From Clostridia bacterium (GTDB lineage: Bacteria > Bacillota > Clostridia > Oscillospirales > CAG-272), in contig JAFSWB010000001.1 of assembly GCA_017444735.1 (NCBI GenBank), positions 1 through 61,339 on the forward strand: DNA of 61,339 nt, in the 5' to 3' direction. The notes under the pieces were generated by a model. It ran no database searches and was not told where the DNA came from. It worked only from the letters and a program-made list of their open reading frames with translations. A program made the position numbers and the translations under genes. Every line of letters begins with the position of its first letter. The first letter of the stretch is position 1. Positions 7,371 through 17,520 of the stretch are shown here, one piece after another.

Positions 7371-9223
7371 GCGGCGTATTCTTCAAGACAGAGTTTCTGT
7401 TCTTTTATCGCGTAGGCGGCGGCTCGCCCGACGTAACGCCAGTGCCACGGCTCGAATTTTACTCCGGTGAGATCGGTCTTCCCCTCGGGGAATCGGAGGA
7501 TAAATCCGAACTTCCACGCGTTTTCCTCGAGCCAGCGGTAGACCTCCGTGTTCGCGAACTCCGCGTTCGCGTATTCCATGTTGTGCATATCAACGGAGAG
7601 CCCCGTCTGGTGTTCGCTCGTGCCCGGACGGGAGGAGTACGTCGTGACGATCTCCTCCGCCGCTTCGCGCGAGAGGGAAGGGTCGGCTTCGAGCTCGCCG
7701 GCGACGTAATTTTCAAAGAGCGCAGTCTGATCGGCGTACGAGCGGTAACCGCTCGTGACGGAAACGTCGTCGAAGCCCATCGCCGCCATTTCGGCGAAAA
7801 GCGCCTCGAGGGCGTTCGCGGCGTAAAGGCGCGCCTTTGCCGTCGCTCTGCCGTCCTGCCTCGTCATCGGCAGATCGGTCAGGTCTTCCGGGACCGACGC
7901 CGCGGAGAGCGGATGGTCGGCGTTTACAAGCACGAGGTATTCCGACGCGTCGGGCGGATTCATATACGTTTCGTATGACGAAAGATCGGTGATAAACGTG
8001 ACGTCCGGAACTTTTATCGCGTTTCCGGGAACGTACCCCTCCGCCGGGAACTGATCCTTCAGCTTGAGAGAGACGGGCAGATAGACCGGCTTTCCCTTTA
8101 CGGAGAGCTCCTCGTCCTCGAGGCGGGAGACGCTGACGGTGTTTTTCTTCTTGTTGAAGACCACCTTTATCCCCTCGACGTATTCTTCGGCGAAGCTCAG
8201 AGGGACCCACATATTCTCGCCGACCGTGGCGCATTCCGCCTCGACCGTTATCCTGCGCGAGCCGACGCTGACCGTGCGCCCCTTGTCGGTGAACGTGACG
8301 CTCATCTCGTCGCCGGTGCCGGAGCTGTCGTTCTTTTCGTCCCACTTCGGGAAGACGAACGTCATCTCCCCGGCGCTTCCCGTCGTCGCCATGGACAGAT
8401 AATCGGCGAGGTCGTTGAAGCAGATATAGAGGACTCCGTCGCGGTAAGCGGTCGATCTGTCCGCCGTTCTGACCGTCGTTCCGCCGAAGACGTACGAGAT
8501 CCCGGACGATTTCGGCGCGTCGGGAGAGCGGAAGAACGAATACGCGAAAATCCCGGCGGATATCGCGCCGAGCAGTACGAAGATCACCGCTCCTATGAGA
8601 AATCTTGCGAAGAAGGTCTTTCTTTTTTCTTTTCTCTGTTTTTTCCTGACGACGCGCATCTTTTCGCGTATCTCGCGCTTCTGCCTTTTGATGCGTTCGG
8701 CGCGGATCGCCTCCTCGCGGCGGCGCCTCTCGAGCTCGGCTCGCCGTCTCTCGGAGCGCAGCGCCTCGAGCCGCGCTCGGCTCTCCGCCTCCCGGCGGGC
8801 GGCTTCGCGCGCGTCTCTTTTCGCTGCAGCCAGAGAATATCCGCGCGGATCGGGACGGACGGGCGTCCGGCGGTCCTCCTGACGCGGACGCGAGGGCGTC
8901 GGGACCCTTTCCGCGTTCCCGTTCCGGCCCTGCTGCCGGACGGGCATACGCGCGGCGGACCGGTCCTGACGGACGGGTCTTTGCGGGACGTTCCGGTCCT
9001 GACGGGCGGGTCCTCCGACCCGTGCGCGGTCGCGGGATCCCGGCGTTCCCGCCGCGTTCCCGCTCCTCGTCCGCGCCGCCCCGGCGGCCGGTCCGTTCGC
9101 CCGGTTTCTCCCGTATCCCTCCGGGTAGCGCGATCTTGTATAAGGAGGGATCGCGCCGCGTCCGTTCGCGGGCGCGCTGCCCCGTCCCGCGTTCTGCCTT
9201 TGTTCGCTCATCAGCGGCGTCAC
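7364..9223 (-). CDS. Membrane-anchored M15B (VanY/LdcB-like) carboxypeptidase with long Arg-rich cytoplasmic N-terminus
   Basis: SGYRSY, SEHQTGLSVD, EPWHWRYVG; single TM after about 200 aa. Confidence 0.88.
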   Translation of the reverse strand: MTPLMSEQRQNAGRGSAPANGRGAIPPYTRSRYPEGYGRNRANGPAAGAARTRSGNAAGTPGSRDRARVGGPARQDRNVPQRPVRQDRSAARMPVRQQGRNGNAERVPTPSRPRQEDRRTPVRPDPRGYSLAAAKRDAREAARREAESRARLEALRSERRRAELERRRREEAIRAERIKRQKREIREKMRVVRKKQRKEKRKTFFARFLIGAVIFVLLGAISAGIFAYSFFRSPDAPKSSGISYVFGGTTVRTADRSTAYRDGVLYICFNDLADYLSMATTGSAGEMTFVFPKWDEKNDSSGTGDEMSVTFTDKGRTVSVGSRRITVEAECATVGENMWVPLSFAEEYVEGIKVVFNKKKNTVSVSRLEDEELSVKGKPVYLPVSLKLKDQFPAEGYVPGNAIKVPDVTFITDLSSYETYMNPPDASEYLVLVNADHPLSAASVPEDLTDLPMTRQDGRATAKARLYAANALEALFAEMAAMGFDDVSVTSGYRSYADQTALFENYVAGELEADPSLSREAAEEIVTTYSSRPGTSEHQTGLSVDMHNMEYANAEFANTEVYRWLEENAWKFGFILRFPEGKTDLTGVKFEPWHWRYVGRAAAYAIKEQKLCLEEYAAK

Positions 9224-9256
9224 CTCCTTCTTTCTTGATACCCTGGGCAGATCCCT

Positions 9257-9820
9257 TTATTTTGATTCGACGACGAAGAAATACGGGCTTGTCGGCGAAT
9301 TGACGAGTTTTATCTGCGCTATTGAGTATCTGAACCGCGATATTCCGGAGAAATATCCGAGAAGCGCCTCTCCCTCCGCCATACCCTCGGGATGGCCGGG
9401 GTAGACGGCGACGATCAGCACGGCGTCCTCGCCGAGCATTCCGACCGCCGCGTCGACGGCGGGGAGCGTCGTCTCCCTCATCGTCGTAAGCTCCTTTTTT
9501 CCGGAGCCGGGGAGATATCCGAGATTGAATATCCCCGCGCGGATCTTCTCTTTCACGAATTCGGGGGCGCGGTGATGCGAAACCCGGAAAAGCTCCCAGT
9601 TGTCGGGACATCCCGACTCGATCAGCCGTTTTCTCGTCGAGGCGAGAGCGAGCTCCTGAATATCGAAAGCGTAGACCTTCCCGGTCTCTCCTACGGTTTT
9701 AGAGAGAAACTCGGTGTCGTGGCCGTTTCCCATGGTAAAGTCGACGGCGACGTCGCCGGGGCGAAGATGAGCGAGAAGAAAGCGCTTGTGTAAATCGAGC
9801 AGATCGATCATATCATTCAC
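9257..9820 (-). CDS. Class I SAM methyltransferase, YtqB/MnmM-like
   Basis: DFTMGNGHDT, FNLGYLPG, VYPGHPEG. Confidence 0.85.
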   Translation of the reverse strand: MNDMIDLLDLHKRFLLAHLRPGDVAVDFTMGNGHDTEFLSKTVGETGKVYAFDIQELALASTRKRLIESGCPDNWELFRVSHHRAPEFVKEKIRAGIFNLGYLPGSGKKELTTMRETTLPAVDAAVGMLGEDAVLIVAVYPGHPEGMAEGEALLGYFSGISRFRYSIAQIKLVNSPTSPYFFVVESK

Positions 9821-11744
9821 CTTCCTCCCCCGCCGAAAGGGCGGAGCGAAGCTCCTCCTCTTCGTTCCAGAGCGTCATCAGTCTGTCTTCCGCGACCGTT
9901 TTCCTGTCATACAGCTCCGCCGCGCGCATATAGTCGGACGCCGCGTCTCCGAAGAGCTCGTCGTCGATATCGGCGATCTCGACCTCGAGCCGTCCCGCCT
10001 CCTCGGCGATCGCCTCAAGGCGGCGCTCGGCGCGTCTTCTGTCCTGCGTCGCGCGCTTTCGGGAGAGATATTCGTCCTTCGCCGCCGACGTCACCGGCGG
10101 CTCTTCCTTCTTTTCCGCGTCGCCGCCGCGCGCGCGGCGTTCAAGATCGTCGTAGGTCCCGATGAAGCTTTCCGCCGTCCCATCCCGCATTATTATAAAG
10201 CGGGTGGCGAGTTTCTTTATGAAATAGCGGTCGTGCGAGACGCAGACGATCGTCCCGTTGAACGACGACAGCGCCCGTTCGAGCGCCTCGCGCGAGTCGG
10301 CGTCAAGATGGTTCGTCGGCTCGTCGAGAATCAAAAGATTGACCTTCATAAGGATCAGCTTGGCGAGGGTGAGCCGCGCCCGTTCGCCGCCGCTCAGCAC
10401 GGAGACCTTCTTTTCGACGTCCTCTCCGCGGAACATGAACAGCGCGAGCGTATCGCGGATGCGGGTCAGCGGCAGGCCCGGGTAGGCGTCCCAGATCTCG
10501 TCGAGAACCGTGTTCTCCTCGGTCAGCCCCTGGTTGTCCTGAGAATAGTATCCCATCTGTACGTTGTATCCGGTCTCGATTACGCCGGAAAGAGGTTCGA
10601 GGTCGCCCTTGAGTATCCTGAGGAGCGTCGATTTGCCGCATCCGTTCGGACCGATGACAAAGAGACGGTCGCCGTTCTTCAGAAGAAACGACAGATCCGA
10701 AAAGAGTTTCTTCTGCGGGTAGGCCATCGTGAGCCGCTCGACGTTCAGAACGTCGTTCCCGCTTTTCGACGCGGCGTTTATCTCAAACGATATCGAACGC
10801 GGCGCCGCTTTCGGCGCCTCGATCTTTTCCATCCTGTCGATCGCCTTCATGCGGGACTCGGCGGCGATGATGTTCCGCTCTCTCCCCCATCTGCGCTGAT
10901 TTTCGATGAACGCCTCGAGACGCGCGATCTCCTTCTGCTGGAGATCGTATTTTTTTCTCAATTCCTCGCGCGCTTTTTCCTTCTCCTCGACGAAGTGCGA
11001 GTAGGGAACTGGATAAAGGCGCGCGGTGTTGTGCTCTATGTCGAGCGTCTTGTTCGTCACCCTGTCGAGAAAGAGACGGTCGTGCGAGACGACGAGGAAC
11101 GTCTTTTTGTAAAGGGCGAGATACCCCTCGAGCCATTCGAGCGTCCCGATGTCCAGATGGTTCGTCGGTTCGTCGAGCAGGAGGACGTCGGGTTCGCCTG
11201 CGAGAAGACGCGCCAGGGCGAGCCTCGTCCTCTGACCGCCGCTCAGGGCGGAGATCGGCAGAGAGTGGTATTGTTCGCCGAATCCGAGGGAGACGAGAAG
11301 ACTTCTGCATTTTGACCTGAAATAAAGGCCGCCGCCATCGCGGTATTCCGCGCTGACGTCGGAGAGCTCCGACGAGAGCTTCGAGATCGCGTCGGGATCG
11401 GTCGCGGAGGAGAGAGCTTTTTCGAGCTCCTCCGTCCTCCGCTCCATCCGGAGCAGCTCAGGGCGCGTCGCCCACATCTGTCCGAGAACGGTGTCGGGGC
11501 AAGCGGGGTCGATCCGGAACGTGTCGTCCTGATGGAGGATACGGATCGTTTTGTCGCGCCCGACGGAGACGGTCCCCGCGTCGGGCTCGAGTTCTCCCGC
11601 CAAAAGGCGGAAAAGCGTCGATTTTCCGCTTCCGTTGACTCCGACGACTCCGACCCGGTCCCCTTCTTCGACTGAAAAAGACACGTCGCTCAGTATCGCG
11701 GTCACTCCGTAACCGTATGAGACGCCGGAGGCAGACAGTATCAT
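9813..11744 (-). CDS. ABC-F family ATP-binding protein
   Basis: Two ABC domains (GVNGSGKST, GPNGCGKST; LSGG; LDEPTNHLD), no TM segments, C-terminal coiled coil. Confidence 0.95.
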   Translation of the reverse strand: MILSASGVSYGYGVTAILSDVSFSVEEGDRVGVVGVNGSGKSTLFRLLAGELEPDAGTVSVGRDKTIRILHQDDTFRIDPACPDTVLGQMWATRPELLRMERRTEELEKALSSATDPDAISKLSSELSDVSAEYRDGGGLYFRSKCRSLLVSLGFGEQYHSLPISALSGGQRTRLALARLLAGEPDVLLLDEPTNHLDIGTLEWLEGYLALYKKTFLVVSHDRLFLDRVTNKTLDIEHNTARLYPVPYSHFVEEKEKAREELRKKYDLQQKEIARLEAFIENQRRWGRERNIIAAESRMKAIDRMEKIEAPKAAPRSISFEINAASKSGNDVLNVERLTMAYPQKKLFSDLSFLLKNGDRLFVIGPNGCGKSTLLRILKGDLEPLSGVIETGYNVQMGYYSQDNQGLTEENTVLDEIWDAYPGLPLTRIRDTLALFMFRGEDVEKKVSVLSGGERARLTLAKLILMKVNLLILDEPTNHLDADSREALERALSSFNGTIVCVSHDRYFIKKLATRFIIMRDGTAESFIGTYDDLERRARGGDAEKKEEPPVTSAAKDEYLSRKRATQDRRRAERRLEAIAEEAGRLEVEIADIDDELFGDAASDYMRAAELYDRKTVAEDRLMTLWNEEEELRSALSAGEEGE

Positions 11745-11769
11745 GTTAAGGGTTCACTCCAATCAAAGA

Positions 11770-11803
11770 GACCGCGCCGGGCCGTTTTCCGCCCGGCGCG
11801 GTC
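11770..11803. terminator. GC-rich hairpin between TPM gene and ABC-F gene
   Basis: GACCGCGCCGGGC-loop-GCCCGGCGCGGTC; T-tract weak. Confidence 0.45.
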
Positions 11804-11812
11804 CGTAAAAAC

Positions 11813-12802
11813 TCAATGTCTCGTAAATTCGCGGGTCGCGCTCGGATCGACGTTTTCATCCGAGGCGCTCCCTCTGTAATATTCGTTTTCAAAATCGACT
11901 CTCTGTCCCCTCGGAGGAGCCGTGCGGACGTTATTCTGAGCCGTTTTTCTCGGCGTATACTGTCCTCTCATCACGGGGCGCGCCGTCGGAGTCGAATCGG
12001 GATAGACGAAGCGGTCGGGACGGTTCTGTCCCTGGCGGCGCTGTTCGTCCGGATACCCGGACTGCTGGGGGCGTCTCTGCTGAGGATACCCTTGATTGTA
12101 ACGGTCCGCGGGGCCGCGCTGCGGCGAGCCGTAATAGTTTCCTCTCCCGCTTTCCGCGAGTCTCCTGCGTCTCTCCTCGAGTCTGATGAGACGCTCTCTT
12201 TCCTGCTTCTTTTCAAGGTAAACGAGCGCGCCGTATCCGCCGCCGAGAAGCAGGGCGATTATGATGACGATCCAGAGGAACACCTTCCACCCGGACGATT
12301 TCTTCCCGCTCGACTGCGTCGGGGCGTCGGTCTTCTTGACGTTGTCGCCGATGAACGCCGCGAGGGATTTGACGGTCGCCGCCACGCCCGCGCCGTAGTT
12401 CCCCGCGGAGAACTCCGGTTCAAGAGAGGTGTTGAGGATCTCGGAGAGCTTATCGTCCGTCAGGACGTCCGAGATGACGGAGCTCTGTACGGCGCAGTAA
12501 TCGTCGGTGCTCTTGACAAGAAGGATGAGGACGCCGCTTACCTTCCATTCGCCGAACACGCCTCTGGCGTACGTTCTGGCGGGGATGTCGCCGGTGTTGT
12601 CCACGGTGCAGACGGCTATCCTGTAACCGTTTGAGACGAAGAGCGCGTCGTTCACGCTCTTGATCTCCGTTTTCGCTTCATCGCTCAGCATACCCGCGCC
12701 GTCGTAGAAAAACGTGTCGCTCTTCGGATAATCGGCAAAAACCGACGTTGACAGCGCGATGATGAACAGGCACGCGAGAATAAGGGCTATTCCTTTTTTC
12801 AT
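11813..12802 (-). CDS. TPM domain membrane protein with disordered C-terminus
   Basis: Signal peptide, YDGAGMLS, IAVCTV, F..GNYG.GV, TM, Arg/Gln-rich tail. Confidence 0.8.
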   Translation of the reverse strand: MKKGIALILACLFIIALSTSVFADYPKSDTFFYDGAGMLSDEAKTEIKSVNDALFVSNGYRIAVCTVDNTGDIPARTYARGVFGEWKVSGVLILLVKSTDDYCAVQSSVISDVLTDDKLSEILNTSLEPEFSAGNYGAGVAATVKSLAAFIGDNVKKTDAPTQSSGKKSSGWKVFLWIVIIIALLLGGGYGALVYLEKKQERERLIRLEERRRRLAESGRGNYYGSPQRGPADRYNQGYPQQRRPQQSGYPDEQRRQGQNRPDRFVYPDSTPTARPVMRGQYTPRKTAQNNVRTAPPRGQRVDFENEYYRGSASDENVDPSATREFTRH

Positions 12803-12806
12803 TTTG

Positions 12807-13940
12807 TCATTCCTTCTCTCCGTTGACTTTCAGGAGTTTTTCTCTGAGCTCACGCTCTATGCCGCGGAGCTTCGCCTCGGCCTCGATCCTCTTTTCGCGT
12901 CCCTCTGTCTGGATCTTCTGGACCTCGTCGAGGGTCGCGATAAGCTGTTCGTTGGTGTGGGTGAGCGTCTCGAGGTCGACGATCCCGCGCTCTGTTTCCT
13001 TTGCGATCTCGACCGTCGAGGTGTGAAGCGTCTCGGCGTTCTGGCGGAGCAGCTCGTTCGTCATGTCGGTAACGCTCTTCTGCGCTTTCATCGCCTCTTC
13101 GGAGTGGGCGATTCCGAGAGCGAGTACCATCTGGCTCTTCCAGAGCGGGATGGTGTTGACGAGGACCGTCTGGATCTTTTCGCTCATCATCGAATCGTTG
13201 TTCTGAAGGAGCCGGATCTGCGGAGCCATCTGTATCGCGACCATCCGTGTGAGCTCGAGATCGTGGAGCTTCCTCTCAAATCTGCCGCACATATCGGAGA
13301 AGTCGTTGACCGCCTGCGCGTCTTCGGGAAGACCGGATTCCTCCGCTTTTTTCTTCAGCCCGGGAAGCGTCGTTTCTCTCTCTTCGGCGAGCTTCTTTTT
13401 GCCCGCGGCGATATACATCGTCAGTTCCTTGAGATATTCGAGATTCATATCGTAAAGCTGATCGAGAGTCGCGATATCCTTGAGAAGCGTGACCTGATGG
13501 CCTTCGAGCTCCTCGCTGATCGCCGAGACGGATTCCTCGGCTTTCGCGTATTTGAGCTTCATCGTTTCGATCTTGTTCTTCGTTTTGCGGAACAGACCCA
13601 AAAAGCCGCCTTTTTCCGGCTCGTTCAACCCTTTGAGCTGTGCGACGAGATTCGTTATCATCTGTCCCGTCTGTCCGAAGTCCTTCGTGCGCACTCCTTC
13701 GAGCGCGGCGTCGGAAAAGTCGGAGACTTTCTTCTGAGCGGGCGCGCCGTAGCTGAGCACCTGAGCGCTGTCCGTGATATCGATCTTCTCGGCGAATTCG
13801 TCGATCTGACGCTGTTCTTCCTCGGTGAATACGAATTCCTCGACAGCCGCCTCGGCGGTCGCGGCCTCCGGTGCGGGGGCGGCCGCGGCGGCCTGGCCGA
13901 AACCGGTCGTGAGTTTCAGTTCGGGGGTTCCGTTTTCCAT
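12807..13940 (-). CDS. Toxic anion resistance protein (TelA family)
   Basis: YGAPAQ, MAPQIRLLQNN, NTIPLWK, RGIVD.ETL. Confidence 0.92.
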   Translation of the reverse strand: MENGTPELKLTTGFGQAAAAAPAPEAATAEAAVEEFVFTEEEQRQIDEFAEKIDITDSAQVLSYGAPAQKKVSDFSDAALEGVRTKDFGQTGQMITNLVAQLKGLNEPEKGGFLGLFRKTKNKIETMKLKYAKAEESVSAISEELEGHQVTLLKDIATLDQLYDMNLEYLKELTMYIAAGKKKLAEERETTLPGLKKKAEESGLPEDAQAVNDFSDMCGRFERKLHDLELTRMVAIQMAPQIRLLQNNDSMMSEKIQTVLVNTIPLWKSQMVLALGIAHSEEAMKAQKSVTDMTNELLRQNAETLHTSTVEIAKETERGIVDLETLTHTNEQLIATLDEVQKIQTEGREKRIEAEAKLRGIERELREKLLKVNGEKE

Positions 13941-13979
13941 TTTTCTGTGACCTCTCTTTTCGTATATTTGAATTGATTT

Positions 13980-14897
13980 TCAGTCTTCTTTATCCGGTCC
14001 CGCGGCGGGTCCGGCCGCCTCCTTGTCCTCTTCCTCCGTTCCGGCGGGTTCGGGCGGAAGCGGCTCTCTCATCTTCTTCACGGTCAGCGCGAGCTGATAC
14101 GCGCCGTACAGCGCGACGGAGAAGAGAAGGACGTTGACGATGAAGGGCGGGTGGGAAAGCCCCGCCGTAAAGCGGAGCGCGATCCTCGCGGCGGCGGCGG
14201 GTCCGAGAACGAACGCCGCCGTTATCCTCGTGAAGACGGCGAGAACGGGGCTTATTCTGCCGAGACGGTCTCTCGAGTCGCTCATAAACAGCAAGAGCGA
14301 GATCGAGAGCAAAACGTTTGTCAGTCCCTTTTCCGGCGAGTTTATCGGGGCGGAGCTCAGATCGAAGTAATAAACGAAAATGAGGAGCGCCGAGTGCGCC
14401 ATCGGGAAGAGCGAGAGGATGACGCCGGACGCCCCGGTCCCGACGCGCGAGGTGCGCAGGATCATCGCGGCGGCGGCGACGACGGCGGCGGCGAGAGTCG
14501 CGATCTCAAGCGCCCCGGTCGGCAGTCCCTTGTTCGACACGATCGTCGATACGACGTACGCCGCGAACATAAGAGCGGTGAAAAGCGAGAAAAACAGGCC
14601 GCCGTCTCCCTTGACGGGAAGCTGTTCCCTCGCCGCGGTCTTCCGCGAGGCGATCGCCGCCGCGAGAGCGGCGACAACGGCTCCGCCGATCAGGCACCCG
14701 GCCGCTATGATCTCCCGCGAGCCCGCGCGGTAGTGCATTATGTCCGCCTCGTAAGAGGTGATGTAGGCGATATAGTAGATCACGGCTCCGACCGTTCCGA
14801 GAACGGCTGCGATCGCCGATCCGATAATCACGGGACGGACGCTCCCGCGGCGAGCGCCGCGTTCCTCCGACCCGCTTTTTACTGTGTCTTTTTCCAT
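13980..14897 (-). CDS. Hypothetical multi-pass membrane protein
   Basis: About 8 hydrophobic segments, operonic with telA, RBS AAGG upstream. Confidence 0.7.
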   Translation of the reverse strand: MEKDTVKSGSEERGARRGSVRPVIIGSAIAAVLGTVGAVIYYIAYITSYEADIMHYRAGSREIIAAGCLIGGAVVAALAAAIASRKTAAREQLPVKGDGGLFFSLFTALMFAAYVVSTIVSNKGLPTGALEIATLAAAVVAAAAMILRTSRVGTGASGVILSLFPMAHSALLIFVYYFDLSSAPINSPEKGLTNVLLSISLLLFMSDSRDRLGRISPVLAVFTRITAAFVLGPAAAARIALRFTAGLSHPPFIVNVLLFSVALYGAYQLALTVKKMREPLPPEPAGTEEEDKEAAGPAAGPDKED

Positions 14898-15152
14898 CAG
14901 TGCAAGTAACCTTTCCTTGTCGTTTTCCGCCGTTTATCCCCGGCTGCGGGGCGCAAAAAATCATCCTTTTATCTATAATAGCACAATCGGGGCGCAAATT
15001 CAATATTTTGGGGAGAAATATGAGGCGGTTTTGCGCCGCCGGGACGGACTAAAAGGCGCGCGGAACACCGTTTGTGAAAAAATACCAAAAAACACGCAAA
15101 ATCTCCTTGAAATTTCTTACAATATTTTTTCGGACTATTTTGAAAGTTGTTA

Positions 15153-15181
15153 TTGAAAGGAAATCGCGTTTATGATATAAT
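15153..15181 (+). promoter_or_regulatory. S10 operon SigA promoter
   Basis: TTGAAA-17 nt-TATAAT with TG extension. Confidence 0.75.
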
Positions 15182-15195
15182 ACTGCTGTTTGATG

Positions 15196-15290
15196 CGCGA
15201 TGATGCGGGAGGTTGCCGCAAGTCCCGTACTGTCAGGGGACGGCGGGGAATTTCCGCGGAGTATGTCCGGCAGAAGCCGGGCGGGGAACA
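15196..15290 (+). ncRNA. Firmicutes S10 (rpsJ) ribosomal leader
   Basis: GCGATGATGCGGGAGGTTGC...GGAATTTCCGCGGAGTATGTC resembles the conserved rpsJ leader of Bacillota; ends approximate. Confidence 0.6.
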
Positions 15291-15455
15291 CGCGTTTTTG
15301 ACGCGTTCCTGACTCTGACTGCGAGGGCATTTCTGCCCTTATCGAACCGGGATCTGACTATACGTCGATCTCGGCGCACTTTCGGGGAAAAAAGGAACGC
15401 ACGGACGCGTGAACAGCGCCTCAGAAAAAATCCATATTATTTAGGAGGCAAAATC

Positions 15456-15767
15456 ATGGCAGCAAGTGAAAAGATCAGGGTAAGGCTCAAAAGTTACGAG
15501 CACTCTCTCGTCGACACGGCGGCGGCGAAGATCGTCGACATCGCGAAGAGAAACGGCGCGGAAGTTTCCGGACCCGTTCCGCTTCCCACCGACAAGGAGA
15601 TCGTAACGATCCTCCGCGCCGTCCACAAGTACAAGGACAGCCGCGAGCAGTTCGAGCAGAGAACTCACAAGAGACTTATCGAGATCAAAAAGCCCTCGCA
15701 GAAGGTCGTCGAGGCCCTTATGTCGGTGGAACTTCCCGCCGGCGTCGATATCGACCTCAAGCTGTAA
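15456..15767 (+). CDS. rpsJ: 30S ribosomal protein S10
   Basis: [28 protein letters not shown]; RBS AGGAGG. Confidence 0.98.
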   Translation: MAASEKIRVRLKSYEHSLVDTAAAKIVDIAKRNGAEVSGPVPLPTDKEIVTILRAVHKYKDSREQFEQRTHKRLIEIKKPSQKVVEALMSVELPAGVDIDLKL

Positions 15768-15935
15768 GGCAAAAAACCACGCACCAACGGGTAGATCTCA
15801 CATACCCTTTGGAAATAACCAACCCGTACAGAGCGATAAAGGATGAGATCCCCTCCGGATCAGAACCCGAAGCTTGATGGCGGTGAGGTCAAGTTGGCCG
15901 CGAGCCAACCAATAACCTTTTAAGGAGGAAAAACG

Positions 15936-16565
15936 ATGAAGAAAGGAATCATCGGCAAAAAGCTGGGGATGACGCAGATCTTCGACGAGAACGGATTCGT
16001 TATCCCCGTGACGGTCATCGAAGCGGGTCCATGCCCCGTTACACAGAAGAAGACCGCCGAAAACGACGGATACGAAGCGGTTCAGCTCAGCTTCGAGGAT
16101 ATCCGTGAAAAACTCGTCAGCAAACCGAGAGCGGGACATTTCAAGAAGGCGGGCGTCAGCCCGAAGCGTCATCTCAAGGAATTCCGTCTTGAGGACGCGG
16201 CTTCGATGAACGTGGGCGACGTGGTTGCCGTCGATACCTTCGCCGCAGGCGACAAGGTCGACGTTACGGGCACCAGCAAGGGCCACGGATATTCGGGCGC
16301 GGTCAAGAGATGGGGCTTCCACACTCTGAAGATGACTCACGGTTCCGGTCCCGTCCACCGTCAGGCAGGTTCCATGGGAGCCAACTCGACTCCGTCCAGG
16401 ATCTACAAGAACAAGAAGATGGCGGGTCAGTACGGTAACGAGCAGGTCACCGTCCTGAATCTCGAAGTCGTTAAAGTCGATGCGGAAAAGAACCTTATCG
16501 CCGTCAAGGGCGCCGTTCCCGGATCCCGCGGCAATATCGTGTTCATCCGCGACAGCGTCAAATAA
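15936..16565 (+). CDS. rplC: 50S ribosomal protein L3
   Basis: [15 protein letters not shown], operon order. Confidence 0.98.
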   Translation: MKKGIIGKKLGMTQIFDENGFVIPVTVIEAGPCPVTQKKTAENDGYEAVQLSFEDIREKLVSKPRAGHFKKAGVSPKRHLKEFRLEDAASMNVGDVVAVDTFAAGDKVDVTGTSKGHGYSGAVKRWGFHTLKMTHGSGPVHRQAGSMGANSTPSRIYKNKKMAGQYGNEQVTVLNLEVVKVDAEKNLIAVKGAVPGSRGNIVFIRDSVK

Positions 16566-16585
16566 GTCGGAAGGAGGAAGAAAAA

Positions 16586-17212
16586 ATGCCAGAAATCAAA
16601 GTTGTGAACATGGCGGGCAGCGAAGTCGGTAAGATCAACCTTTCCGATAAAGTATTCGCGGCGCCTGTGAACGGTGCAGTCCTCCACGCGGCTGTCAAGA
16701 ATTACCTCTCCAATCAGAGGCAGGGCACTCAGTCAACGCTGACCAGAACCGAAGTCTCCGGCGGCGGCAAGAAGCCGTGGCGTCAGAAGGGGACGGGCCG
16801 CGCGAGACAGGGTTCCACCAGAGCTCCCCAGTGGACTCACGGCGGAGTCGCTCTCGGGCCGAAGCCCCGTTCATACAGAACGAAGCTCAACCGCAAGGTG
16901 AGACGTCTTGCGATCACCGGGGCGCTTTCCTCTAAGGTCGCCGAGAACGAGATGATCGTCGTCGATTCGATCGCGACGGAGGAATACAAGACGAAGACGA
17001 TGGTGAAAATGCTCTCCGACGTCGGCGCGGCGAAGAAATCCCTCGTCGTGCTCCCGACCCGGGACGACAAGGTTTACCGCAGTCTCTCGAACATCCCCGG
17101 CGTGGTCGTCGCATACCCGAACACCCTTAACGCGTACGACATCCTCAACTGCGGATCTCTCGTGATCGCAGAGGACGCGGCGCGCAAACTCGAGGAGGTG
17201 TACGATAAATGA
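16586..17212 (+). CDS. rplD: 50S ribosomal protein L4
   Basis: RQGT, KPWRQKGTGRARQGS. Confidence 0.98.
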   Translation: MPEIKVVNMAGSEVGKINLSDKVFAAPVNGAVLHAAVKNYLSNQRQGTQSTLTRTEVSGGGKKPWRQKGTGRARQGSTRAPQWTHGGVALGPKPRSYRTKLNRKVRRLAITGALSSKVAENEMIVVDSIATEEYKTKTMVKMLSDVGAAKKSLVVLPTRDDKVYRSLSNIPGVVVAYPNTLNAYDILNCGSLVIAEDAARKLEEVYDK

Positions 17213-17502
17213 AATTCGCACAGGATATCATTCTGAAGCCGATCATCACCGAGAAATCGATGGATATGATCGCCGACAAGAAATACACCTTCAAGGTCGC
17301 TCCCGACGCGACGAAGCCCGAGATCGCGAAGGCGGTCGAGGAGCTCTTCGGCGTCAAGGTCGCGGCTGTCAACGTGATGAACATGAAGAGCAAACCGAAG
17401 AGAGTGCGTTTCGCCCTCGGCAGAACGGCCGAATGGAAGAAAGCGATCGTCACTCTGAAGCCCGATTCAAAGACCATCGAGTTCTTTGAGGGTATGAACT
17501 GA
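17209..17502 (+). CDS. rplW: 50S ribosomal protein L23
   Basis: PIITEKS, WKKAIVTL. Confidence 0.98.
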   Translation: MKFAQDIILKPIITEKSMDMIADKKYTFKVAPDATKPEIAKAVEELFGVKVAAVNVMNMKSKPKRVRFALGRTAEWKKAIVTLKPDSKTIEFFEGMN

Positions 17503-17520
17503 TGAGGGAGGAGAAAGAAG

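Noticed and set aside
9786-11315. Long antisense or alternate-frame ORFs (also 7713-9611, 38815-40530, 50365-51999, 53073-55067, 59787-61328)
   Set aside because: They shadow well-recognised genes and are expected from GC-rich codon bias. They contain no recognisable motifs.
15213-15455. N-terminal extension of S10
   Set aside because: This region is the RNA leader. The true start is ATG 15456 with AGGAGG.
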